Origin: Tissierellia bacterium
GTDB lineage: Bacteria; Bacillota; Clostridia; Tissierellales; Peptoniphilaceae
Assembly: GCA_030528125.1 (NCBI GenBank)
Contig: JAUMZM010000002.1
Location: forward strand, 5,293 to 69,292
DNA: 64,000 bases
Reading direction: 5' to 3'
In this document: positions 20,154-30,200 of the stretch, in pieces
How positions within the stretch are numbered: position 1 is the first letter of the stretch
Layout of the letters: each line of letters opens with the position of its first letter
Position numbers and translations under genes: made by a program
The notes under the pieces: generated by a model
What the model was told of the DNA's origin: nothing
The model's input: only the letters and a program-made list of their open reading frames with translations
Database searches by the model: none

Positions 20154-20278
20154 GAGCTAGTAATAGCTGGAATTTTTTCATTATTAATTCCTTTCAGTTT
20201 TTCGGTATATACAGAAAAACTAGGACTAACTTATTCTTTTCTATTGCTAAAAGAGCCTATAAAGGCTCTTTTAGTTTT
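20154..20278 (+). ncRNA. Unassigned structured leader or small RNA (three hairpins plus a terminator)
   Basis: Hairpins agcta-GTAA-tagct, ggaatt..aattcc and agtttttc..gaaaaact. Terminator aaaagagcc/ggctctttt at 20249-20278. No ATG inside. No family recognised. Confidence 0.3.
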
Positions 20279-20368
20279 GTAAAAATAAAGAATAAAAACA
20301 ATGGTTTTCATTAAAAATAAAAAAGTAAAATAGAAGATTTATAAAATTTTATTAAAAAAGGAAATTCT

Positions 20369-21226
20369 ATGCTAGAAGTTAAAAACATAACTAAAAAATA
20401 TGATAACAAAGAAGTCTTAAAAGATGTATCTTTTGATGTAAAAAATGGTGAAATTGTAACGATACTTGGCAAAAATGGTGCTGGCAAAACTACAATATTA
20501 AATTCAATATTAAAGATGATAAAGATAGATTCTGGAGAAATCATATTTGATGAAAGAAATATTTTTTCTTTAAAGAATAAACAATATTTTAAAGATGTAT
20601 CTGCAGTTCTTGAAAGCAGTGTAAATGTATATAATTATCTTACTGGAATGGAAAATATAGAATACTTTTGTGGGCTTTCAAATATAGATTTAAATAAAAA
20701 AGAAAACAAAGATTTGGTTTATAAATATGCTAAATTATTCAAATTAGAAGATGATTTGTACAAAAAGGTAGATTTCTATTCAAGAGGAATGCAACAGAAA
20801 CTTGCAATAATAATAGCTCTTGTCGTAAAGCCAAAACTTCTTTTGTTGGATGAGCCGACTCTTGGTCTTGATATAGAAAGTAAATGGACTATGATTGATT
20901 TTATAAAAAAAGTCGTCAAAGAAAATAATATTTCTATTATACTTACAACTCATCAAATAGAAATAGTAAGAAGTCTTAATTCAAGAGTTGTATTACTTAA
21001 AGATGGCAAATCTTATGAATATGAATTGATTGATTTTCTTACAGGATTTAAAGATGAGTACATAATAACTTATATTGATGATTATAATAATCTAGTAACT
21101 AAAAAGACAGATTGTAGTATTAAAGAAATCATAGAAAAATATAAAGATTATGATATAAAGGAAATAAGAAAAGTTGATATGGATATAGAAAAGATTGTAA
21201 TGGAGAAGTTAAATGAATCTAATTAA
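20369..21226 (+). CDS. ABC transporter ATP-binding protein
   Basis: Walker A GKNGAGKTT, signature YSRGMQQK, Walker B LLLLDEP. Confidence 0.85.
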   Translation: MLEVKNITKKYDNKEVLKDVSFDVKNGEIVTILGKNGAGKTTILNSILKMIKIDSGEIIFDERNIFSLKNKQYFKDVSAVLESSVNVYNYLTGMENIEYFCGLSNIDLNKKENKDLVYKYAKLFKLEDDLYKKVDFYSRGMQQKLAIIIALVVKPKLLLLDEPTLGLDIESKWTMIDFIKKVVKENNISIILTTHQIEIVRSLNSRVVLLKDGKSYEYELIDFLTGFKDEYIITYIDDYNNLVTKKTDCSIKEIIEKYKDYDIKEIRKVDMDIEKIVMEKLNESN

Positions 21227-21594
21227 AAGTGAAATTAAAAAGTCTATTCGTGAAAGTATTGTATATTATCCAGATTTTATTGTATCTAGCATGATTAGCA
21301 TTATGCTTTTCTACTTTCTTGTTATGAATAATGATGATTATACTTTGCTATTAATGTCTTATTTGATTTGGCTTATTGTTTTTATCTGGAAGCATAGTGG
21401 ATGTTCCAAGATATGTTATATACACAAATCCTGTATCTCTAGCTACATATTTATCATCTAAAGTTTTAAATGGAAAATTTTATTGGTATGACTTTTTGAC
21501 TTTTATAAGTATAAGTATGGTGTATTTTGTATTTGGAGTTATTGTATTTAAGGTTATTTTTAGTAGAAGCAAGGATTTTAAATGGACTTATTGA
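21213..21594 (+). pseudogene. Short, frameshifted ABC-2-type permease remnant
   Basis: ORFs 21213..21461 and 21376..21594 overlap in different frames. They join at the T5 run near 21380. Combined length is only about 127 aa. Confidence 0.45.
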
Positions 21595-21624
21595 TAAAAC
21601 ACATATTGGATAATTTAAAATATT

Positions 21625-21665
21625 AAAAAAGTTCTGGGATTTTAATAAAAATCCCAGAACTTTTT
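21625..21665. terminator. Bidirectional intrinsic terminator
   Basis: gttctgggattt/aaatcccagaac flanked by A- and T-runs. Confidence 0.75.
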
Positions 21666-21681
21666 ATATTAAATATTAATA

Positions 21682-23106
21682 CTATACATTAAGTTCTACA
21701 TTATAATCTGTATCGTATTTTGCGATTTTTTCTTTTGCGATTTTGTTAAATTCTTCGACTTGACTTTTGGAGCGACCGATGTATTTGTAAGGGTTTAGGA
21801 TTTCTTTTAATTGCTCATCATCGATTCCAAAGTCTTTGTCATTTGTAAGAAGTTCTATTAGATTATTATCTAGTCCTTCTTTTTTTACTCTATTTGATGC
21901 AATCATTGAATATTTTCTTATTTTTTCGTGAAGAATTTGTCTATCTCCACCTTTTTTTACAGCTTCCATTAGTATATTTTCTGTTGCCATAAATGGAAGT
22001 TCTTCTCTTACATGCTTTTCTATAACTTTATCATTTACTACAAGTCCGCTTGTAACATTTATTGCAATTTCTAAGATTGCATCTATTCCAAGAAAGCTTT
22101 CAGCAACTGCAATTCTCTTATTTGCAGAATCATCAAGTGTTCTTTCAAGCCGTTGTGTTGCATGAACCATTGCAGGATTTTGTGCGTTATTTATGACAAA
22201 TTTAGAAAGGGATGCTATTCTTTCAGAACGCATTGGATTTCTCTTATATGCCATTGCGCTTGATCCAACTTGTGTCTTTTCAAATGGCTCTTCGATTTCT
22301 TTTAGGCTTTGAAGTAGTCTTATATCATTTGTCATCTTATGAGCAGATTGAGCTATTGCTGATAGGGATGATAATATCTCATAGTCTATCTTTCTTGTGT
22401 AGGTTTGGCCTGATACTATTACAGATTCTTTAAAATCAAATGCTTCTAATATTAGTTTATCTAGTTTTTTAACCTTTTCTTCGTCATTTTCAAATAAATC
22501 CATAAATGAGGCTTGTGTTCCTGTAGTTCCTTTTATTCCTCGAAGTTTTAGATTATCTATTCTATATTCTATATCTTCTAGATCAAGTAAGAAATCATAA
22601 GCCCAAAGTGTTGCTCTTTTGCCAACTGTTACAAGTTGGGCTGGTTGAAAATGTGTAAATCCAAGTGTTGGCAAGTCTTTATATTTATCTGAAAAATCAA
22701 TCAAGTTTTTTATTAGTACGGCAAGTTTGTTTGCGACAAGCTCTAATGCTTTTCTCATTACGATAATATCTGTGTTGTCTGTAACAAAACAGCTTGTCGC
22801 TCCAAGATGAATTATTCCTTTTGCATTGGGGGCTGCAATTCCATAGGTTTTTATATGAGCCATTACATCGTGTCTTAGCTCTTTTTCAAATTCCTTGGCT
22901 TTTTCAAAGTCAATATCTTCTATGTGATTGAATAATTCTTCTACTTGCTCATCTTTTATATTTAGACCGAGCTTTTGTTCTGCTTTAGAAAGATTTGCCC
23001 AAAGTCTTCTGTAGGTTTCAAACTTAACTTGGTCGGAGAATATATGTTGCATTTCATAGCTTGCATACCTTGTGTTTAGGGGTGAGTTATATATATCTGT
23101 TCTCAT
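21682..23106 (-). CDS. purB: Adenylosuccinate lyase
   Basis: 474 aa. The GSSAMAYKRNP signature of the fumarate lyase family is present, and the gene sits in pur context. Confidence 0.95.
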   Translation of the reverse strand: MRTDIYNSPLNTRYASYEMQHIFSDQVKFETYRRLWANLSKAEQKLGLNIKDEQVEELFNHIEDIDFEKAKEFEKELRHDVMAHIKTYGIAAPNAKGIIHLGATSCFVTDNTDIIVMRKALELVANKLAVLIKNLIDFSDKYKDLPTLGFTHFQPAQLVTVGKRATLWAYDFLLDLEDIEYRIDNLKLRGIKGTTGTQASFMDLFENDEEKVKKLDKLILEAFDFKESVIVSGQTYTRKIDYEILSSLSAIAQSAHKMTNDIRLLQSLKEIEEPFEKTQVGSSAMAYKRNPMRSERIASLSKFVINNAQNPAMVHATQRLERTLDDSANKRIAVAESFLGIDAILEIAINVTSGLVVNDKVIEKHVREELPFMATENILMEAVKKGGDRQILHEKIRKYSMIASNRVKKEGLDNNLIELLTNDKDFGIDDEQLKEILNPYKYIGRSKSQVEEFNKIAKEKIAKYDTDYNVELNV

Positions 23107-26100
23107 TTATCCTCCAAAAAATATTCAACTGCGCCTTTAAAGATGTTTTGGTATTCGATATCTTGGATGTTTTTGTAGAGATTCTTATTTACTCTCTCAG
23201 AATGACCCATCTTTCCAAGTATCTTTCCATCTTTTGATATTATTGATTCTATCTTATAATCACTGCCGTTAGGATTATTCTCATAAATTCCTACAACTTG
23301 TTCATTTTCTATAAGATCTTTTATTTTATCTTCATTTATTATAAATCTTCCTTCTCCATGAGATATTGGAAGTTTATAGATATTATTTTCTTTAAGATAA
23401 GTAAGCCATGGCGAGTTTGTGGTTAGTATCTTTACATCTGCTATCTTTGCAATATGTCTATTTGAATTGTTGAATGTAAGTGTTGGATCATCATCTTCTT
23501 GGATTTTGATTTTGCCATATGGAAGAAGTCCTGATTTTACAAGAGCTTGGAATCCATTACATATTCCAAGGATCAATCCATCATTTTCTTTAAGCATGTA
23601 TTCTATGGATTCTTTGATCTTTTTGCTTCTTAGAATATTTGCTATAAATTTTCCGCTTCCGTCTGGTTCATCTGCAAATGAGAATCCTCCAGGTATTGCA
23701 AAGATTTGTGCTTTTCTTATAAGAGTGCTAAGTTCATCTATGGATGAGTCTATTTCCTTCTTGTTCTTGTTTTTAAATACATGAATGATTACATCAGCAC
23801 CTTCATCTTCAAATGCTCTTTTGGTATCATATTCGCTATTTGTTCCGAAGAATGCTGGTATTACAACTAATGGTTTTTCGACTTTCTTAGTTGATTTTCT
23901 AGCTCTTGTATCTATCTTTTTGTTTTCTAAATCTTTGGAATTTTCTTCAATTATTGGCTTAAATACGCTATCTAATGTATGAAGATAGGACTTTTCTAAT
24001 TCGTCTTTATCAAGTTTTGTTCCATTTACAATTATATCTTTAGAAAATTCTCCTAAGTTTTTGATAAAGTCTCTGTCTTTAATATATTCAACTACAAATG
24101 ATCCGTATCTAGGTGAATATAGATCTTCTATTTGTATATCAAATCCATATTCCAATCCGCTGTTTTCGTATATTATAGGTAATGTTCCTTTGTGATTTAT
24201 AGCTCTTATTGAAACTATATTTTTATCAAGGATATCTTTATGGATTAGATTGAAGTTTTCTTTTAATTTATTAAGATCTAGCTTGCCATTGGAATCATAA
24301 TCTATTTCTATAATTCCTATCTTTCCTTTTCCCTTAAATTCTCCAGATACTATATTTTCTATATCTTCAGTTGTAACTGCAAATGATATTAGAGTAGGGG
24401 GAACATTTATATTTTCAAAAGTTCCGCTCATTGAATCTTTTCCACCTATTGGAGGCATTTTGAAAAAGGCTGATGCTTCAAGTGCTCCAAGCAATGATTT
24501 AAGTGGTTTTGACCAAGATTTAGGAGAATCTAATTTCTCATAGAATTCTTGGAATGTTAGATATACTTCGTTAAGATCACTACCTTGTGCTACAAGTTTT
24601 GATATGGATTCAATTACTGCATAATATCCTCCAAGATAGTTACTTTCTTCTGATAGATATGGATTAAATCCATAGCTCATAAGTGAAACTGTATTGGAGT
24701 CCTTTTTTAATGTAGGAATCTTTGCACACATTGCATCTATTGGAACTGTCTGATATTTTCCTCCTAAAGGTGCAAGGACTGTTGATCTTCCAACAGATGA
24801 ATCAAATAATTCTATTAGATTTTTCTTTGATGTTGTGTTTAGATCTTCTAAGTATTTTGAAAGATTTTCAGGGTTTTTATCATCATTGTGCAAGAATTTT
24901 GCTACATCTTCAGATTCTACGATAACGTCTTTTTCTCTTTTTGCTCCATTGGTATTTATGAAGTCATAACTTAGATCGCATACTAAATTATCATTAAGAT
25001 ACATTTTCATTCTATTTGTATCAGTTATATCTGCGACATAAGTTGCATATAGATTTTCTTCTTTGGCATATTCTAAGAAAGTATCCAAATCTTTTTTTGC
25101 TATTACAACAGCCATTCTCTCTTGGGATTCGCTTATTGCGATTTCTCTTGGGGTAAGTCCTTCGTATTTTAGCATTACACGATCAAGATATATGTCAATT
25201 CCATCATGTAATTCTCCTATTGCAACGCTTACTCCTCCTGCACCGAAGTCATTGCACTTTTTGATTAACTTTGCGACTTTTTCTTTTCTAAATAGTCTTT
25301 GAATCTTTCTTTCTTCTGGTGCATTTCCCTTTTGAACTTGTGCACTTTCTGTCTTTATTGATGATACTTTATGAGATTTTGATGAGCCTGTAGCTCCTCC
25401 TATACCATCTCTTCCGGTTTTCCCTCCAAGTAAGATTACGATATCTCCTTTTTGTGGTGAAAGTCTTTTGACATTTTCGATTGGAGCTGCTGCAATTACT
25501 GCTCCTGTCTCAAGCCTTTTTGCTACATAGTCTTTGTGATATACTTCATCTACAAGTCCTGTGGCAAGTCCTACTTGATTTCCGTAAGATGAATATCCAA
25601 GTGCTGCTTTTGTTGTAATTTCTTTTTGGGGTAGCTTTCCTTTTAATGTGTTTTCGTATTTTTCTAAAGGATTAGCGCATCCTGTAACTCTCATTGCTTG
25701 ATATACAAAGCTTCTTCCACTTAAAGGATCTCTTATAGCTCCTCCAAGGCAAGTACTTGCTCCACCTACTGGTTCTATTTCGGTGGGGTGGTTATGAGTT
25801 TCGTTTTTAAACATCAAAAGATAATCTTCGGTATTTTCTTTTCCATTATCATCTACTATTCTTGCTTTTATCTTTATAGAGCAAGCATTTATTTCATCTG
25901 AAACCTCGATGTTTTTGATATAATCTGTATTTCTAAGATACTTTTGAAGTATTGTTCCAAAGCTCATAAGTGTTATTGGCTTTGTTATATTTAGTTTTTC
26001 TCTTAATGACAAATAATATTCAAAAGTCTTTTTGATTTCACTATCAAGTTTTGTCAAAGGATCAAATTTGATATTAAGATTTGTATTAAAAGTTGTATGT

Positions 26101-26780
26101 CTGCAATGATCTGACCAATATGTATCAATTATTGCAATTTCTGTTTCGTTGGGATCTCTATTTTCTTCTATAAAGTATTTTTGGATTAATTTTATATCAT
26201 CTAGATTTAAAGATAATCTCTTATCTTCTATAAATTGCTCTAATTTCTTATCTGAAAGCTCTCTAAATCCATCAAATATTTCGTTTTTGGTGTTTTTGTG
26301 TATCTTTCTTGAAAAATCAGGAACTTCATATACATCTATCTTATGAGAATCTACAGGATTTATAAGATAGTTTTCGATTTTTTGAAAATCATTATTTGTT
26401 ATGCCATAAAAGTCATATACTACGCTTGATTTTGCCTTAGCGTTATCATTTGTAAAAAGTGATATATTAGAGATAAGGCTATCTTCTCTATTGTCGAATT
26501 GTCCTGGCAATAAAGATATATTTAATGGATTTTTGAAATTATCTTCTAAATCTTTCGCATCAGAATCTATGAAAATTTCATCGACTGGTTTTTCTGAAAG
26601 AACTGTATATAAGATTTTATCTAAAGTACTAGAATCAACCAAAAGATCATATTTCTTATAGATTTTAAGATCTGTAATAGAAAGATTTAAAGAAGCGTTG
26701 ATCTCTTTAAGAAGAGATCTTTCGCTATTATCGTAACGCTTCTTTCTAACATATACTCTGTGAATATTTGAATAGTCCAC
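23103..26780 (-). CDS. purL: Phosphoribosylformylglycinamidine synthase, single-chain large form
   Basis: 1225 aa. Has AIRS domains and a C-terminal glutaminase (GICNGFQ, HGEGR). Confidence 0.95.
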   Translation of the reverse strand: MDYSNIHRVYVRKKRYDNSERSLLKEINASLNLSITDLKIYKKYDLLVDSSTLDKILYTVLSEKPVDEIFIDSDAKDLEDNFKNPLNISLLPGQFDNREDSLISNISLFTNDNAKAKSSVVYDFYGITNNDFQKIENYLINPVDSHKIDVYEVPDFSRKIHKNTKNEIFDGFRELSDKKLEQFIEDKRLSLNLDDIKLIQKYFIEENRDPNETEIAIIDTYWSDHCRHTTFNTNLNIKFDPLTKLDSEIKKTFEYYLSLREKLNITKPITLMSFGTILQKYLRNTDYIKNIEVSDEINACSIKIKARIVDDNGKENTEDYLLMFKNETHNHPTEIEPVGGASTCLGGAIRDPLSGRSFVYQAMRVTGCANPLEKYENTLKGKLPQKEITTKAALGYSSYGNQVGLATGLVDEVYHKDYVAKRLETGAVIAAAPIENVKRLSPQKGDIVILLGGKTGRDGIGGATGSSKSHKVSSIKTESAQVQKGNAPEERKIQRLFRKEKVAKLIKKCNDFGAGGVSVAIGELHDGIDIYLDRVMLKYEGLTPREIAISESQERMAVVIAKKDLDTFLEYAKEENLYATYVADITDTNRMKMYLNDNLVCDLSYDFINTNGAKREKDVIVESEDVAKFLHNDDKNPENLSKYLEDLNTTSKKNLIELFDSSVGRSTVLAPLGGKYQTVPIDAMCAKIPTLKKDSNTVSLMSYGFNPYLSEESNYLGGYYAVIESISKLVAQGSDLNEVYLTFQEFYEKLDSPKSWSKPLKSLLGALEASAFFKMPPIGGKDSMSGTFENINVPPTLISFAVTTEDIENIVSGEFKGKGKIGIIEIDYDSNGKLDLNKLKENFNLIHKDILDKNIVSIRAINHKGTLPIIYENSGLEYGFDIQIEDLYSPRYGSFVVEYIKDRDFIKNLGEFSKDIIVNGTKLDKDELEKSYLHTLDSVFKPIIEENSKDLENKKIDTRARKSTKKVEKPLVVIPAFFGTNSEYDTKRAFEDEGADVIIHVFKNKNKKEIDSSIDELSTLIRKAQIFAIPGGFSFADEPDGSGKFIANILRSKKIKESIEYMLKENDGLILGICNGFQALVKSGLLPYGKIKIQEDDDPTLTFNNSNRHIAKIADVKILTTNSPWLTYLKENNIYKLPISHGEGRFIINEDKIKDLIENEQVVGIYENNPNGSDYKIESIISKDGKILGKMGHSERVNKNLYKNIQDIEYQNIFKGAVEYFLEDK

Positions 26781-27478
26781 TATTTTTGCATCCTTTTTAA
26801 AACTTCTTCATAACCTTTTGTAAGAGAGCCTAGATTTCTTCTAAATATGTCTTTATCTAATTTTTCATTAGTATCTTTGTCCCATAATCTACAAGTATCA
26901 GGGCTTATCTCATCTGCAAGTATGATATTTCCATCTTTATCTTTTCCAAATTCTATCTTGAAATCTACAAGCTTTAAGTTTATATTTATGAAAAATTCTT
27001 TTAACAAAGAATTTATCTTTAATGTTTCTTCTTTGATGTAGTCATATTCTTTTTTTGTGATTAATCCCAAAGCTATAGCATGGTCTTCACACATCAAAGG
27101 ATCTCCTAGATCATCATTTTTGTAAGAAAGTTCAAATGTAGGATTTTCGAAAACTATTCCTTCATCAACTCCATATCTTTTTGCAAAAGATCCTGCAGAT
27201 ATATTTCTTACAATTACTTCAAGTGGAAGAATCTCAACTTTTTTAACTTTCATTTCACTATCACTTAAAGTTTCTATGTAATGAGTCTTTATATTAGCCT
27301 TTTCAAGCATTTCAAAAATTATTGTAGTAATCTTTAGATTAAGAGCACCTTTTCCCTCAAAGTCCTCTTTCTTTTCGCCATTTCCTGCTGTTGCAGTATC
27401 CTTGTACTTAATTATGTACTCGTCTTTGTTTTCTGTCTCGTAAACTTCTTTAGCTTTGCCTTCGTAAATTTTTTTCAT
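26780..27478 (-). CDS. purC: SAICAR synthase
   Basis: LYEGKAK-type N-terminus (IYEGKAKEVY). The start is set at the ATG at 27478, preceded by GGAGG. Confidence 0.95.
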   Translation of the reverse strand: MKKIYEGKAKEVYETENKDEYIIKYKDTATAGNGEKKEDFEGKGALNLKITTIIFEMLEKANIKTHYIETLSDSEMKVKKVEILPLEVIVRNISAGSFAKRYGVDEGIVFENPTFELSYKNDDLGDPLMCEDHAIALGLITKKEYDYIKEETLKINSLLKEFFININLKLVDFKIEFGKDKDGNIILADEISPDTCRLWDKDTNEKLDKDIFRRNLGSLTKGYEEVLKRMQK

Positions 27479-27491
27479 AATTACCTCCAAT

Positions 27492-27517
27492 AAAAAAGAG
27501 AACCCAAAAAGATTCTC
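27492..27517 (-). terminator. Intrinsic terminator/attenuator immediately upstream of the purC RBS
   Basis: Minus strand gagaatc-ttttt-gggttctc followed by TTTTTT, then GGAGG and the purC ATG. Confidence 0.55.
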
Positions 27518-27518
27518 A

Positions 27519-27653
27519 TTACAAAATATGATTATTAATTGTTAATTCTAAAGGAAAAACAGGGCATGTAAAAAACTTAAGCTTAAATTTGCGCAAAGAA
27601 ACCCCATACACAAAATAAAAGTTTTTTAAATTTGAAAAAAATAACTTTCCCAT
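27519..27653 (-). CDS. Candidate 44-codon leader ORF in the purC 5' leader
   Basis: AGGAGG-aact-ATG. Encodes MGKLFFSNLKNFYFVYGVSLRKFKLKFFTCPVFPLELTINNHIL. The stop abuts the terminator hairpin. Coding status is unproven. Confidence 0.25.
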   Translation of the reverse strand: MGKLFFSNLKNFYFVYGVSLRKFKLKFFTCPVFPLELTINNHIL

Positions 27654-27675
27654 AGTTCCTCCTAAATACTAGATC

Positions 27676-27704
27676 ATTATATCATAGTTAAAATAAAAAA
27701 TGAA
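27676..27704 (-). promoter_or_regulatory. Candidate promoter of the purC-purL-purB operon (extended -10)
   Basis: Minus strand TTCATT, 17 nt, TGaTATAAT. Confidence 0.4.
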
Positions 27705-28074
27705 TAGAATTATAAAAAATTATTAAATTAAAATCAAAATAATGTAATAAATTCGTAAATTACAATGATTAAAATACAAAATAAAATTATATTCTAATTT
27801 GTAATAATTATTTCTCGAATAATTAAGAAAATTACTTTATATAAATTTTAATTACAAAATAGGAAAAATAATTTTATGATAAGAATATTTAAATAAAGAC
27901 AAATGATTAGAAAATAAGAAAATAAATTAAAATAAAATTAAGAAAAAATTCTTAAAAATAAAAGCAATTAATAAATAATAATAACAAATTTTACAAAGAC
28001 AAGCAATTTAGATATATACAAAGAAGAAAATAAAAAATACTTTACAAATAAATAATAAAAAAATCTTAACACCC

Positions 28075-29581
<1,507 letters not shown>

Positions 29582-29589
29582 CTCAGAGA

Positions 29590-29719
29590 ATGGGCGAAAG
29601 CGCACATAGGGATCCAGCAAATGCAAGGACCTAGCTGTGCGGATATCAGTTTTGATATTACACCATGGGGACAAAAGCCCGGATGGGGAGGTTTCGACCT
29701 CTCTTTCCGGGCTTTTTTA
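29590..29719 (+). promoter_or_regulatory. ykkC-like riboswitch, probably subtype 2 (PRPP class), with terminator
   Basis: Three segments resemble the ykkC core UAGGGUUCCG / GGUCCGAGAG / ACGG..GGGA.AAAAGCCCGGGAG: AUAGGGAUCCAG, AGGACCUAGCUG and ACACCAUGGGGACAAAAGCCCGGAUGG. Terminator agcccgga/tccgggct plus a T-run at 29676-29719. Lies upstream of purE. Confidence 0.6.
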
Positions 29720-29752
29720 TACGAAAATACAAATACGAAAAAGGAGTAAAAG

Positions 29753-30199
29753 ATGATATCAATAGTAATGGGATCTACATCAGATCAAAAAATCGCAGAT
29801 AAAATAACAACAAAATTAGATGAATTTGGAATCGAATATGAGCTTAGAGTAATATCAGCACATAGAGCAATAGATGTTTTATTAGATTATGTAAGAAATA
29901 GTAAAAGTGATCTATTCATATCAATTGCAGGAAAAGCAGCACATCTAGGAGGAGTTATTGCAGCAGCAACAACAAGACCTGTAATAGGAGTTCCAGTAAA
30001 ATCCTCAACACTTGATGGAATGGATTCTTTATTATCAACAGTTCAAATGCCAAAGGGAGTTCCAGTTGCAACAGTTGCAATAGATGGAGGAGAAAATGCC
30101 GCAATACTTGCAGCACAAATATTATCTTTAAAAGATGACAAATTAAAAGAGAAATTAGAGCAATTTAGAAAAGAACAAAGGGAGAATTCAGTAAAATAA
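29753..30199 (+). CDS. purE: N5-CAIR mutase-like PurE (class I-like motifs)
   Basis: SAHR and [10 protein letters not shown] motifs. Confidence 0.9.
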   Translation: MISIVMGSTSDQKIADKITTKLDEFGIEYELRVISAHRAIDVLLDYVRNSKSDLFISIAGKAAHLGGVIAAATTRPVIGVPVKSSTLDGMDSLLSTVQMPKGVPVATVAIDGGENAAILAAQILSLKDDKLKEKLEQFRKEQRENSVK

Positions 30200-30200
30200 T

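Noticed and set aside
27705-28070. About 370 bp of roughly 85-90 percent A+T between the divergent purC and guaB promoters. Examined as a possible repeat array, CRISPR leader or small-RNA locus.
   Set aside because: It has no regular repeat/spacer periodicity, no hairpin plus T-run, and no ORF with an RBS. It is most simply a curved AT-rich divergent-promoter spacer.
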